IMG/VR virus record: IMGVR_UViG_3300011116_000165
Span: 1-63,081 of that record
Reading direction: 5' to 3' (one strand)
Source: a virus
Lineage: Duplodnaviria; Caudoviricetes
DNA length: 63,081 nt
A program made the translations under genes and the position numbers. Shown piece after piece: positions 34,674-44,663 of this stretch; position 1 is the stretch's first letter; the number at the start of each line of letters is the position of its first letter. The notes under the pieces are model-generated. The model was not told the DNA's origin and made no database searches. It saw only the letters and a list, made by a program, of their open reading frames with translations.

Positions 34674-36189
34674 TATCAGTTTGAAGGACATTGAAGCAGT
34701 GCTCAACTCGGGCAAGCTGTCCGATACTGATCTGCGGGTGCTGGAGGCCCAGCTAATTAAGTTAGAAAGGCTCAAAGATCGTGAACTCTGCCAAACAAAA
34801 TTCATCAAATTCACCGAAAAAGTCTGGCCTACCTTCATTTCCGGTGCGCACCATAAGAGGATGGCAGATGCGTTTGAGCGTGTGGCAAATGGGACTTGCA
34901 AGCGCCTCATTATTAATATGCCTCCCCGTCATACTAAGTCTGAATTTGCTTCTTATCTGCTCCCAGCTTGGTTCTTGGGGCGTTTTCCTCATAAGAAGGT
35001 TATTCAAGCGTCTAATACAGGCGAATTAGCAGTAGGTTTCGGTCGAAAGGTGCGAAATTTGGTCGATTCCGAGGTATATCACGAGATTTTCCCCGGTTTG
35101 GCGCTCCAAGCAGACTCAAAAGCAGCCGGAAGATGGAACACCAGCAAGGGCGGTGACTACTTTGCTATCGGTGTGGGTGGTACGGTGACCGGTAAGGGTG
35201 CTGACGTACTCATTATTGATGATCCACACTCGGAGCAAGAGGCTGCGATGGCTTCAAGCAACCCAGAAATCTACGATAAGGTGTACGAGTGGTATACATC
35301 TGGGCCGCGCCAGCGTCTCCAGCCCGGTGGGGCTATTATTATTGTTATGACTCGCTGGGCTCAGCGGGATTTGACCGGTCAGGTGATTAAAGCATCGGCT
35401 GCTCGCAGTAGCGAGGAGTGGGAGGTCATTGAGTTTCCGGCTATTTTGCCCAGTGGCAACCCATTGTGGCCCCAGTTTTGGAGCAAAGAAGAATTAGAAG
35501 CCTTGCGCACGGAGTTGCCCAATTCAAAATGGCAGGCCCAGTACCAGCAGAACCCCGTGGGCAACGAGTCAGCCATCGTCAAGCGAGACTGGTGGAAGTG
35601 GTGGGAGAAAGAAACTCCGCCAAAGTGTGACTACATTCTCCAGACGTGGGACACGGCGTTTGAGAAAAACAACCGGGCCGACTACTCGGCTGGGACGACG
35701 TGGGGCATATTCAACCACGAGGAAGACAACAACCTGCCCAATATTATCTTGCTCAATACGTACCGCAAGCGGGTGGAGTGGACTGACCTGAAGAGGGACG
35801 TGCTCCAAGAGTACAACGACTTTGAGCCGGACGGTGTGTTAATTGAGAAAAAAGCCACGGGTGCGCCATTAATTATGGAGCTTAGGGCGATGGGTATACC
35901 AGCGCAGGGGTACACGCCCAGCAAGGGCCAAGACAAAATTGCCCGCTTAAATGCGGTATCGGACATAATCGCCAGTGGAAAAGTGTGGGTTCCGCAGACA
36001 CGTTGGGCGGAAGAATTAGTAGATGAAATTGCTGCATTTCCATCAGGCGAGCATGACGACTTGGTGGACGCAACGACATTAGCACTCATGCGGTTTAGGC
36101 AGGGTGGGTTCCTTCGCTTACCGAGCGATGAGCCTGAAGAGATCAAATGGTTTAAAGGCCACAGGGCTGGCCGCTTTTACACAGTTTAA
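34666..36189 (+). CDS. terL: Terminase large subunit
   Basis: MPPRHTKS, LIIDDP, MTRW; nuclease WDTA and HDDLVDA. Confidence 0.96.
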   Translation: MSDISLKDIEAVLNSGKLSDTDLRVLEAQLIKLERLKDRELCQTKFIKFTEKVWPTFISGAHHKRMADAFERVANGTCKRLIINMPPRHTKSEFASYLLPAWFLGRFPHKKVIQASNTGELAVGFGRKVRNLVDSEVYHEIFPGLALQADSKAAGRWNTSKGGDYFAIGVGGTVTGKGADVLIIDDPHSEQEAAMASSNPEIYDKVYEWYTSGPRQRLQPGGAIIIVMTRWAQRDLTGQVIKASAARSSEEWEVIEFPAILPSGNPLWPQFWSKEELEALRTELPNSKWQAQYQQNPVGNESAIVKRDWWKWWEKETPPKCDYILQTWDTAFEKNNRADYSAGTTWGIFNHEEDNNLPNIILLNTYRKRVEWTDLKRDVLQEYNDFEPDGVLIEKKATGAPLIMELRAMGIPAQGYTPSKGQDKIARLNAVSDIIASGKVWVPQTRWAEELVDEIAAFPSGEHDDLVDATTLALMRFRQGGFLRLPSDEPEEIKWFKGHRAGRFYTV

Positions 36190-36200
36190 GGAAACATATT

Positions 36201-38708
36201 ATGGCTACAAGTTCGATGGACAAAGCTCTGTACACCTCCCCTATGGGTCTGGGTGCACTTGCAGATATGGAAGACGAGGCCAATCCAGCGTTGGAGATTG
36301 AGGTTGAAGACCCAGAGTCCATGACCATTGGCATGGGTGACATTGAGATTGAGCTAACCCCTGACGAAGAAAGCGACAAAGACTTTGATGCCAATCTTGC
36401 CGACTACGTAAGTGACGCGGAGCTTGCCACGCTGGGGACAGATTTAATTGAGGACTTTGACAAGGACATCAATGACCGCAAGGATTGGATAAAAACATAC
36501 GTTGATGGCATAAAGCTGTTGGGGCTGAAGTACGAGGAGCGCACGGAGCCGTGGAGCGGTGCCTGTGGTGTGTTCCATCCGATGCTCACGGAGTCCGTGG
36601 TCAGATTCCAGAGCGAGGGAATAATGGAGACGTTCCCGGCGGCGGGGCCAGTCAAGACGCAGATCATAGGTAAAGATACGCCTGAGAAAGAAGATGCTGC
36701 GCAGCGTGTCAGCGAGGACATGAACTATCAGTTGACCGACGTGATGCAGGAGTACCGGCCAGAGCATGAGAAGCTGTTGTGGTCGCTGCCGCTGGCAGGC
36801 TCTGCGTTCAAGAAGGTGTACTACGACCCGAGCATTGCGCGTCAGACGGCGATGTTTATTCCGGCTGAAGATATCGTGGTGCCGTATGGGGCGTCCAGTA
36901 TCGAGCGCTCGCCACGTGTGACCCACGTGATGCGTAAAACTGAGAACGAGGTCATCAAGCTACAAGAAGCTGGGTTCTACAGCGACGTGGACTTGGGCGA
37001 GCCGTCGTATGAGTTGGACGATATTGAGAAGCAAAAAGCTGAAGAGACTGGCATGAATGCCACGCAGGACGATCGGTTCCGCATACTTGAGATGCACGTT
37101 GACTTGGACTTGCCGGGCTACGAGCACAAAGACAAGAAGGGCGAGCCTACGGGCATAGCACTGCCATATGTTGTGACTATCGAGAAGGGGTCAAATAAGA
37201 TTTTGGCTATCCGCCGTAATTGGTACGAGGGCGATGAGTTGCACACCAAGCGCCAGCACTTTGTGCACTACCAGTACATTCCGGGCTTTGGGTTCTATGG
37301 CTATGGCCTGATCCACTTAATTGGTGGCTACGCCAAGAGCGCGACTATGCTGATCCGTCAGTTGGTGGACGCTGGTACGCTGAGTAATTTGCCCGGTGGT
37401 CTGAAGTCCCGTGGCCTGCGTATCAAGGGTGATGACACTCCGATCCAGCCCGGTGAGTTCCGGGACGTGGACGTGCCCAGTGGCTCCATCCGTGACAATA
37501 TCTTACCGCTACCTTACAAGGAGCCAAGCCAAGTTCTGTTTGCTCTGTTCCAGAACATCGTGCAGGAGGGCCGTCAGTTTGCCTCAGCCGGTGACATGAG
37601 TGTCAGCGACATGTCCAGCCAAGCTCCGGTGGGTACAACTTTGGCTCTGCTTGAGCGCCAGTTGAAGGTGATGGGCGCAGTCCAAGCGCGTCTGCACTAC
37701 TCCATGAAGCAGGAGTTCCAGCTTCTCAAAGTAATCATCGCCGACTACACACCAGAAGAGTATGACTACGAGCCGGAGGAAGGGTCGCGCAAGGCCAAGA
37801 AGTCTGACTACGACATGGTGACCGTCATCCCGGTGAGTGATCCGAACGCATCGACAATGGCGCAGAAGGTTGTGCAGTATCAGGCTGTGCTCCAGTTGGC
37901 TCAGTCCGCGCCCCAGTTGTACAACATGCCCCTGCTGCATCGCCAGATGATTGAGGTGCTGGGCATAAAGAATGCGTCCAAGTTGGTGCCTGTGGAGGAC
38001 GACGAGACCCCGACCGACCCAGTGCAGGAGAACCAGAACGTGCTGACGACCAAGCCGGTCAAGGCGTTCATTGAGCAGGATCATCAGGCGCATATTGCGG
38101 TGCACACTTCGATGCTCCAGAACCCCAAGATCATGAGCATGATCCAGCAGACTCCGCAGGGGCAGGCACTTATTGCCGCTATGCAGGCTCATATTAATGA
38201 GCACTTGGCGTTCGCGTACCGCAAAGAAGTTGAGGGTACCGTGGGCCTGCTCCTACCAACGGAAGAGCAGGAAAAGAACATGAGCCCGGAGGTCGCTGCA
38301 CAAGTTGCACAATTGGCTGCACAAGCATCCATGCGTATGGCCCAGCAGGCGCAGGCACAAGCTGCACAACAACAGGCACAGCAGCAAGCGCAAGACCCGA
38401 TCATCCAGATGCAGCAGCAAGAGTTGCAGTTAAAGATGCAGGAGTTCCAACTTAAAGCTCAAAAGCAGAAGATCGAAGCAGCGGCCAAAGCCGACCAGCT
38501 ACGGATAGAAGAGTCCCGTATCGCTGCCCAGAAAGAAATCGCTGCCATGCAGGTGGGTGCCACCGCTGCCGCTGCACGAGACAAACTTCAGAAGCAACAG
38601 CTTATGGAGGGTGCCAAACTTGGCGTTGATATCGCCAAAAACCGCGCTCAGATGGCCGTGCAAGCGGCACAAAGAGCATCCCAAAGTAAGCCGACTAGAA
38701 AGGAATGA
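36201..38708 (+). CDS. Portal protein
   Basis: 835 aa after terL; GSAFKKVYYD and GFYGYG; Q-rich coiled-coil C-terminus. Confidence 0.88.
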   Translation: MATSSMDKALYTSPMGLGALADMEDEANPALEIEVEDPESMTIGMGDIEIELTPDEESDKDFDANLADYVSDAELATLGTDLIEDFDKDINDRKDWIKTYVDGIKLLGLKYEERTEPWSGACGVFHPMLTESVVRFQSEGIMETFPAAGPVKTQIIGKDTPEKEDAAQRVSEDMNYQLTDVMQEYRPEHEKLLWSLPLAGSAFKKVYYDPSIARQTAMFIPAEDIVVPYGASSIERSPRVTHVMRKTENEVIKLQEAGFYSDVDLGEPSYELDDIEKQKAEETGMNATQDDRFRILEMHVDLDLPGYEHKDKKGEPTGIALPYVVTIEKGSNKILAIRRNWYEGDELHTKRQHFVHYQYIPGFGFYGYGLIHLIGGYAKSATMLIRQLVDAGTLSNLPGGLKSRGLRIKGDDTPIQPGEFRDVDVPSGSIRDNILPLPYKEPSQVLFALFQNIVQEGRQFASAGDMSVSDMSSQAPVGTTLALLERQLKVMGAVQARLHYSMKQEFQLLKVIIADYTPEEYDYEPEEGSRKAKKSDYDMVTVIPVSDPNASTMAQKVVQYQAVLQLAQSAPQLYNMPLLHRQMIEVLGIKNASKLVPVEDDETPTDPVQENQNVLTTKPVKAFIEQDHQAHIAVHTSMLQNPKIMSMIQQTPQGQALIAAMQAHINEHLAFAYRKEVEGTVGLLLPTEEQEKNMSPEVAAQVAQLAAQASMRMAQQAQAQAAQQQAQQQAQDPIIQMQQQELQLKMQEFQLKAQKQKIEAAAKADQLRIEESRIAAQKEIAAMQVGATAAAARDKLQKQQLMEGAKLGVDIAKNRAQMAVQAAQRASQSKPTRKE

Positions 38709-38908
38709 TATTGAACGATTACAAAGTATTGGCCTATATAGCCAAGGAAATGGGCAGGCTCCGTTCGGAGCAAGAAGCCTTTGTAACCAGTGGTAGAGCG
38801 GGGGACTTCTCCGACTACCGCCACATCTGCGGGGTAATCCGAGGTCTAAACCTTGCAGAAGACATCATTAATGAACTCGTGCAAAAAATGGAGAAGTCTG
38901 ATGACTGA
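38705..38908 (+). CDS. Small head-module protein
   Basis: Y..ICGVIRGL motif; overlaps the portal stop. Confidence 0.7.
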   Translation: MILNDYKVLAYIAKEMGRLRSEQEAFVTSGRAGDFSDYRHICGVIRGLNLAEDIINELVQKMEKSDD

Positions 38909-39311
38909 ATTTGATACCGCTGCTGTAGACCTATCTGGCATTTTGAATAAACCTGCCGAAGAAAAAGCCAAGCAGTTGCCTGAACCTAAGACGTTCCACA
39001 TGCTCGCTGTAGTGCCCGAAGCTATGGAAGAGTATGCCGAGAGCGAACTGGGGATTCTTAAATCCGCGCAGTCTATGCACTACGAAGAAGTGCTGACTCC
39101 CGTGCTGTTTGTGGTCAAACTTGGCCCAGATTGTTACAAAGACGCAACACGGTTCCCCAGTGGGCCGTCGTGCAAGGAAGGTGATTTCATCATCGTCCGA
39201 CCCAATTCAGGCACCCGTCTGAAGATTCATGGCCGTGAATTCCGCATCATTAATGATGATTCGGTTGAAGCTGTTGTGGAAGACCCGCGTGGCATCACCC
39301 GCGCTGCTTAA
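38901..39311 (+). CDS. groES: GroES-like co-chaperonin
   Basis: VVKLGPDCY..CKEGDFI..GTRLKIHGREFRIINDDSVEAVV. Confidence 0.85.
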   Translation: MTEFDTAAVDLSGILNKPAEEKAKQLPEPKTFHMLAVVPEAMEEYAESELGILKSAQSMHYEEVLTPVLFVVKLGPDCYKDATRFPSGPSCKEGDFIIVRPNSGTRLKIHGREFRIINDDSVEAVVEDPRGITRAA

Positions 39312-39321
39312 GGAGTAAATC

Positions 39322-40302
39322 ATGGCAGATGGATATAAGTTCCCTCACGAGCTTGAGGAAGAAAATAAGGGTAAACCCGAAGATGACGAAGGGTTTGAGA
39401 TAGAAATTGAGGACGATACCCCGGCTCCTGACCGAGGTCGTAAGGCTGATCCCAAGCCTCCAGAAGACCCAACGGATGACGAATTATCGTCCTACGATGA
39501 GAAAGTACAGGCACGGATTAAGAAATTTACCCGTGGTTACCACGACGAACGTAGGGCTAAGGAAGAGGCTTTGCGGGAGCGGGAAGCGGCTGAAAACCTA
39601 ACAAAACAGCTTTGGCAGCAGAATCGCGCCCTCCAGCAACAGGTCGAATTAGGGTCTCGCGCCTATATTGAGCAGTCAAAAACCTCTGCCGAGATGGAAT
39701 TTGACAAGGCCAAGAAGGAATATAAAGAGGCTTATGAGTCCGGCGACTCCGACGCGGTGGTGGAAGCACAGGCAAAAATAGCTCGTGCCACACTAAATAT
39801 GGACAAAGTTAGTAATTTTAGGCCTATACAAACGGACGAAAATGAAGTACAAACGCCACAACGTAATACAAATCAGGTTCCTGTTACCCAGCGAGATGCA
39901 AGTTGGCAGCAGGAAAATACATGGTTTGGCACCGACGAAGAGATGACTGCTGCGGCTCTTGGGTTACACCAAAAGCTCGTCAAACAACGTGGTGCTAACT
40001 TTGTAGGCACAAATGAGTATTACAAACAAGTGGACGCTACAATGCGTAAACGATTCTCCGATTACTTTGAAGGTGACGGAAGCTATGAAGATGATGCGAC
40101 TTCTAAACAGGCATCAGAACCGGCAGAGGAAGAAACTCCCCGCCGTGCAACAAAACCGTCTACGGTAGTAGCTCCTGCTGCACGTAGTACACCGCCTAAT
40201 CGTATTCGATTGAAGGCATCCGAAGCAGCGATCGCTCGCCGTCTTGGGGTTCCCTTGGAAGAATATGCTAAACAGGTTGCTCAACTGAAGAGAGGTAATT
40301 GA
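39322..40302 (+). CDS. Putative scaffolding protein
   Basis: Acidic coiled-coil; C-terminal AIARRLGVPLEEYAK; upstream of capsid. Confidence 0.7.
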   Translation: MADGYKFPHELEEENKGKPEDDEGFEIEIEDDTPAPDRGRKADPKPPEDPTDDELSSYDEKVQARIKKFTRGYHDERRAKEEALREREAAENLTKQLWQQNRALQQQVELGSRAYIEQSKTSAEMEFDKAKKEYKEAYESGDSDAVVEAQAKIARATLNMDKVSNFRPIQTDENEVQTPQRNTNQVPVTQRDASWQQENTWFGTDEEMTAAALGLHQKLVKQRGANFVGTNEYYKQVDATMRKRFSDYFEGDGSYEDDATSKQASEPAEEETPRRATKPSTVVAPAARSTPPNRIRLKASEAAIARRLGVPLEEYAKQVAQLKRGN

Positions 40303-40304
40303 TT

Positions 40305-40778
40305 ATGGAACAAGCTCAAACAGCCGTTAAGGCGCAAAACCGATTGGCTCGTGAATTGGACACCCGCGAGGTGTTCGCTCGCCCAGCAATGTGGCGTCCT
40401 CCCGAGACTTTGCCTATGCCGGATGATCGTCCGGGATGGTCGCATCGGTATGTGCGTACTAGCACTCTTGGTGCTGCTGATCCAAGCAATATTTCTTCTA
40501 AGTTACGTGAAGGATACGAACCCTGTAAAGGGGAAGACTATCCCGAGCTAATGATGCACGCTTCTACCGAAGGTCGCTTTAAAGGCAACATTGAGGTAGG
40601 TGGACTGTTGCTTTGCCGTATTCCGAGTGAGTTTATGAAACAAAGGTCTGCATACTACGACGACATAAACAAGGCTCAAACTGAATCGGTGGACAACAAT
40701 TTTCTTCGTGAGAATGATCCTCGGATGCCTCTCTTCTCAGAGAAGCGGTCTAAGGTCACTTTCGGTTCTGGTACTTAA
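40305..40778 (+). CDS. Head-module hypothetical protein
   Basis: REGYEP..VGGLLLC motif; operon context. Confidence 0.7.
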   Translation: MEQAQTAVKAQNRLARELDTREVFARPAMWRPPETLPMPDDRPGWSHRYVRTSTLGAADPSNISSKLREGYEPCKGEDYPELMMHASTEGRFKGNIEVGGLLLCRIPSEFMKQRSAYYDDINKAQTESVDNNFLRENDPRMPLFSEKRSKVTFGSGT

Positions 40779-40792
40779 TATAGGAGTCTTTT

Positions 40793-41617
40793 ATGGCTTA
40801 TCCGGTTATTGATGCCCCTTACGGGCTAAAGCCGATCAACCTGATCGGCGGTCAGGTATTTGCGGGTTCTACTCGTGAATATCCGATCACTAACGGTTAC
40901 AGCACAGCAATTTTCTACGGCGATTACGTAGGTTTGTCTCGTGGTGAAATCGTGCGCTTGTCTGTGTCTACCGGCACGGCTGGCAATCAAACAGGTGTCT
41001 TTTTGGGATGCCGTTATACAAACCCTGTTACTAAACAGTTGACTTTCTCGCAATACTGGCCCGCATCCACTGCGTCCGGTGATGCAGTAGCCATTGTTAG
41101 TGATGACCCTGATGCGGTCTTTAAAGCAGTGGTTTGCTCGTCTGGAACAACTGTTGCTTCTGGTGCCCGTGCAATGATTGGTCAAAACTTGGCCATGATT
41201 AACAACACAGGCAGTACTGCAACTGGTGACTCCAAGAACGCAGCGTTAGCCCCTAGCGATACGCCCGCCACCACTTCGTCCTTGCCCGTTCGCGTGCTTG
41301 GCTTGGTGCCTGACACGGCTGTTTCGCTTGGAACTGTGACCTATACCAGCATCTCTACCGCTACTGTAACTTGCTCGGCTCTGCCGTTCGCGTTGCCTGT
41401 TGGTACTGACGTTGGTTCGCTGGATTCAAACGGTCAATACGTTTCTTCCGGTTCGTTCGTTGATACCGCTGCTGCTGCCGGTGCTACATCGTTTATTTTG
41501 AATCAGGCTCCTGTTGCTACATTGAACACAACTATTGTGTTGATGCAGTACCCAGAGATTCTGGTCAAGATTAACTTTGGTCAGCATCAGTACTATGCTG
41601 GCACCAGCATTGCTTAA
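40793..41617 (+). CDS. Minor capsid/decoration protein
   Basis: APYGLKP..IFYGD..GVFLGC..DDPD; directly before the capsid gene. Confidence 0.65.
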   Translation: MAYPVIDAPYGLKPINLIGGQVFAGSTREYPITNGYSTAIFYGDYVGLSRGEIVRLSVSTGTAGNQTGVFLGCRYTNPVTKQLTFSQYWPASTASGDAVAIVSDDPDAVFKAVVCSSGTTVASGARAMIGQNLAMINNTGSTATGDSKNAALAPSDTPATTSSLPVRVLGLVPDTAVSLGTVTYTSISTATVTCSALPFALPVGTDVGSLDSNGQYVSSGSFVDTAAAAGATSFILNQAPVATLNTTIVLMQYPEILVKINFGQHQYYAGTSIA

Positions 41618-41630
41618 GGAGTAACTTAAA

Positions 41631-42542
41631 ATGGCTATTTCACGCGCACAGCTACTTAAAGAGTTGCTCCCCGGACTCAATGCCTTGTTTGGTATGGAGT
41701 ATTCCCGCTACGGCGAAGAGCACAAGGAAATCTACGAGACTGAAACCTCTGAGCGTTCCTTTGAAGAAGAGACAAAACTGTCTGGTTTCTCTGCTGCACC
41801 TGTTAAGAACGAGGGCTCTGCCATCGCTTACGACAATGCACAGGAAGCATGGACAACTCGTTACAACCACGAAACCATTGCCCTTGGCTTCTCAATCACC
41901 GAAGAGGCGATTGAAGATAACCTGTACGACAGCTTGTCTGCTCGTTACACCAAGTCTTTGGCTCGTGCTATGGCATACACCAAGCAGGTTAAAGCTGCTG
42001 CTGTTATCAACAACGGTTTCTCGGCGGCTTATGTCGGCGGTGACGGTGTTGCTCTATTCAGCACTGCCCACCCCCTGATTTCTGGTGGTGTTAATAGCAA
42101 CCGTCCGTCTACTGCCGCTGACCTGAACGAGACTTCCTTGGAAGCCGCCGTTATCCAGATCGCTGCTTGGACAGACGAGCGTGGTCTTCTGATCGCTGCT
42201 AAGCCCAAGAAGTTGATTGTTCCTCCTGCCCTGCAATTCGTTGCTACCCGTCTGTTGGAAACCAGCCTCCGCGTTGGTACTACCGACAACGATATCAATG
42301 CGTTGAAGAACAACGGTTCGATCCCAGAAGGCTACACCATTAATCACTACCTGACCGACACAAACGGCTGGTATCTGACTACTGATGTGCCTAACGGTCT
42401 GAAGCACTTTGTCCGCTCTCCTCTGGAGAACAAGATGGACGGTGACTTCGATACCGGCAACGTCCGCTACAAGGCCCGCGAGCGTTATTCGTTCGGCTGG
42501 TCTGACCCACTGGGAATCTTCGGATCGCCCGGTTCGTCCTAA
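41631..42542 (+). CDS. Major capsid protein (Mu gpT-like)
   Basis: MAISRAQLLKELLPGL..RYKARERYSFGWSD; strong SD, codon bias, downstream terminator. Confidence 0.92.
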   Translation: MAISRAQLLKELLPGLNALFGMEYSRYGEEHKEIYETETSERSFEEETKLSGFSAAPVKNEGSAIAYDNAQEAWTTRYNHETIALGFSITEEAIEDNLYDSLSARYTKSLARAMAYTKQVKAAAVINNGFSAAYVGGDGVALFSTAHPLISGGVNSNRPSTAADLNETSLEAAVIQIAAWTDERGLLIAAKPKKLIVPPALQFVATRLLETSLRVGTTDNDINALKNNGSIPEGYTINHYLTDTNGWYLTTDVPNGLKHFVRSPLENKMDGDFDTGNVRYKARERYSFGWSDPLGIFGSPGSS

Positions 42543-42565
42543 GCTAGGGTTTACCCCCTGCTGAG

Positions 42566-42590
42566 AGGGCTCCTTCGGGAGCCCTTTTTC
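42566..42590 (+). terminator. Intrinsic terminator after capsid
   Basis: AGGGCTCC-TTCG-GGAGCCCT-TTTT. Confidence 0.92.
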
Positions 42591-42695
42591 TTGTATGCTT
42601 AAACCGTTGGTGGCTGTTCGGCGGGTTAGCGCCGCCGTGGGAGTTCCTTTCAAATCAGCCTACACTGCTTTATGTGAGCAACCACCAACAATTTC

Positions 42696-42724
42696 TTGCA
42701 CACCCTTTAAAACCGTGATATATT
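42696..42724 (+). promoter_or_regulatory. Sigma70-type promoter
   Basis: TTGCAC-17 nt-TATATT with extended TG. Confidence 0.6.
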
Positions 42725-42730
42725 GGCCCC

Positions 42731-42805
42731 AATCCGGGGTTTTCCGGTGCATCAAACAGTCCCGGCTGACGACATACAGATTGATGCACTTTACTTGTAT
42801 GTAAG
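42731..42805 (+). ncRNA. Structured double-pseudoknot RNA, possibly the Mu-gpT-DE motif
   Basis: CCGGG/CCCGG, GTGCATCAA/TTGATGCAC and ACATACAG/TTGTATGT interleaved; downstream of a gpT-like capsid gene. Confidence 0.55.
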
Positions 42806-42815
42806 GACACATATC

Positions 42816-43295
42816 ATGGGATTCGCAACTCACCTTGGCCCTTGGCTGCTTGGCACTGTTAAAAACACAACCGGCACCACTGCTGGCACCGTCCGTAATA
42901 CTGGCACTGCAATTGTTTGCCAGAGCGCCGCAGTAACTTCTGCTGATGCCGCTACCTCTTCGGCATTTACTATCCCCGCCGGGTCGCTGGTTACGGCAAT
43001 CCAGCTTTTGCAATCAACCACTTTTACGGGTACATCTGGTGTAATCACCATCTACTTAAACGGTACTGCTGTAGCTACTTGCGCAGCTATTACTGGTGGT
43101 ACGGCTGGCGTAATTACATTCACTGGTACAGCAGGCCAAATGGCTACATGGGCAAACATTGGCTCTACTGATGGAATTATCACGTACACAATGGCAAGCA
43201 GCGGCTCGTTGTCTGCTGGTGCAGGTACTTTGATAATGGCCTACGCTGTACGCGATTCCAGCGGCAACCAATATCCTCCCGCTAGCCAGCAATAA
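42816..43295 (+). CDS. Putative virion structural protein
   Basis: Start MGFATHLGPW after AAGGA; Thr/Ala/Gly-rich; CTTCGG hairpin follows at 43303-43320. Confidence 0.7.
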   Translation: MGFATHLGPWLLGTVKNTTGTTAGTVRNTGTAIVCQSAAVTSADAATSSAFTIPAGSLVTAIQLLQSTTFTGTSGVITIYLNGTAVATCAAITGGTAGVITFTGTAGQMATWANIGSTDGIITYTMASSGSLSAGAGTLIMAYAVRDSSGNQYPPASQQ

Positions 43296-43338
43296 TTAAT
43301 CTCAGGGGCTTCGGCCCCTGCTTTATAGGAGATTGATT

Positions 43339-43617
43339 ATGATGCAAACAGACGTTAAATCAGGCGCAGCGGCGGCTGGTGCGACTACCACTATTTTTGC
43401 TGGCCCAGCCCGCATTAAGGGTATCTCGATTAGCTATTCAACAGGCGCGACTGTTGTACTAAATGACGGGACAAGCGGCACTGCTATGTTTTCTTTTACT
43501 GCGCCAGCGGCTGCGGGTTCTATCTACATGGTATTTCCCGGCGAAGGCATTAAATGCAGTACTAACATCTCCGCAGTGGTTTCAGCAACTACAACGGCAG
43601 TAGTGTTTTATGGCTAA
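43339..43617 (+). CDS. Small beta-rich structural protein
   Basis: SD AGGAG; QTDVKS..PGEGI. Confidence 0.7.
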   Translation: MMQTDVKSGAAAAGATTTIFAGPARIKGISISYSTGATVVLNDGTSGTAMFSFTAPAAAGSIYMVFPGEGIKCSTNISAVVSATTTAVVFYG

Positions 43618-43855
43618 GTCACCAGCATGGACTCGCAAAGAAGGCAAGAACCCCAATGGTGGCCTGAACGCCAAGGGGCGGGCCTCCGCCAAAAAGCAAG
43701 GGATGAATTTGAAACCTCCCCAGCCGGAAGGCGGCAGCAGGCGCGACTCTTTCTGTGCAAGGATGACTGGGATGAAGAAAAAACTTACCAGCGAGAAGAC
43801 GGCCAAAGACCCGAATTCGCGTATAAACAAGAGCCTCAAGGCTTGGAACTGCTGA
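43610..43855 (+). CDS. Small basic protein (DUF6321-like)
   Basis: EGKNPNGGLNAKGR..RRDSFCARM..WNC. Confidence 0.7.
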   Translation: MAKSPAWTRKEGKNPNGGLNAKGRASAKKQGMNLKPPQPEGGSRRDSFCARMTGMKKKLTSEKTAKDPNSRINKSLKAWNC

Positions 43856-43863
43856 GGTGATGT

Positions 43864-44415
43864 ATGGCTACAAGATGGGATAACTTACCCGGACTCAATG
43901 ATGATGTCATTGAACGTGCCAGAGAAGACTTGGCCAAAGCTAAAAAAGGTCGTGACGTAGATTCGTCTAACCTTAAAGGTGGAGCTAAAGAGTCTGTTCG
44001 TGAAGCTGGTACTCGTGCCCGTAATCGCAATTTAGGCCGTATGGGCGCTGCGCAAGCCGCGTTTTCTGCTGGGTATGAAGCGGGTCGAGAGCTTGATGAG
44101 CGCACTGGTTTGGGTAAAAAGATGGTTGACAAGTCTGGCATAGGCGACCTTGTAGATAAAGCGGTCAACATGCGGGACAAGGTTAAGCTTTCCAAAGAAG
44201 CACAGAGACGTGTGGGTGAGGGCGAAACAAAGTCTGAAGATACCGATATGGGCAAATATGAGCCTCGCCGTACTGAAGGTGATTTTGGCGCATACAAACG
44301 TGGTGGGGCCGTTAAAAAGATGGCTTCCGGTGGCATGACTTCTAAGGTCTCCAGTGCCTCTAAACGGGCTGACGGAATTGCTCAGCGCGGTAGAACTAAA
44401 GGGCGGTATCTGTAA
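43864..44415 (+). CDS. Basic protein with C-terminal SASxRADG tag
   Basis: YKRGG..MASGG..SASKRADGIAQRGRTKG. Confidence 0.75.
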   Translation: MATRWDNLPGLNDDVIERAREDLAKAKKGRDVDSSNLKGGAKESVREAGTRARNRNLGRMGAAQAAFSAGYEAGRELDERTGLGKKMVDKSGIGDLVDKAVNMRDKVKLSKEAQRRVGEGETKSEDTDMGKYEPRRTEGDFGAYKRGGAVKKMASGGMTSKVSSASKRADGIAQRGRTKGRYL

Positions 44416-44663
44416 TGGAACTCCCGGTCTGGAATGTCTTTTTATCTTTCCTGTCAGCAGCGTTGCTGTTATGGGTAAAGGTATCCCATGATGAAGTCAA
44501 GAGACTAGGTATCCTCCTGAGTAAAACTCGGGAAGAGAACGCCGAAAAGTTTGTGACCAAGAACGATATGCACGCTGATATTAATCGGGTATTGGCCCGA
44601 CTTGATCGGATGGACGAGAAGCTTGATGCCTTTATGAAGGAGCAGCGTAGTGCCCTCGGTTAG
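44415..44663 (+). CDS. N-terminal TM plus coiled-coil protein
   Basis: WNVFLSFLSAALLLWV; TAATG coupling. Confidence 0.7.
   Translation: MELPVWNVFLSFLSAALLLWVKVSHDEVKRLGILLSKTREENAEKFVTKNDMHADINRVLARLDRMDEKLDAFMKEQRSALG

Noticed and set aside
42731-42805. Hammerhead ribozyme (CTGACGA core)
   Set aside because: The following stem is followed by TAAG rather than GAAA, and there is no stem III or properly placed NUH site.
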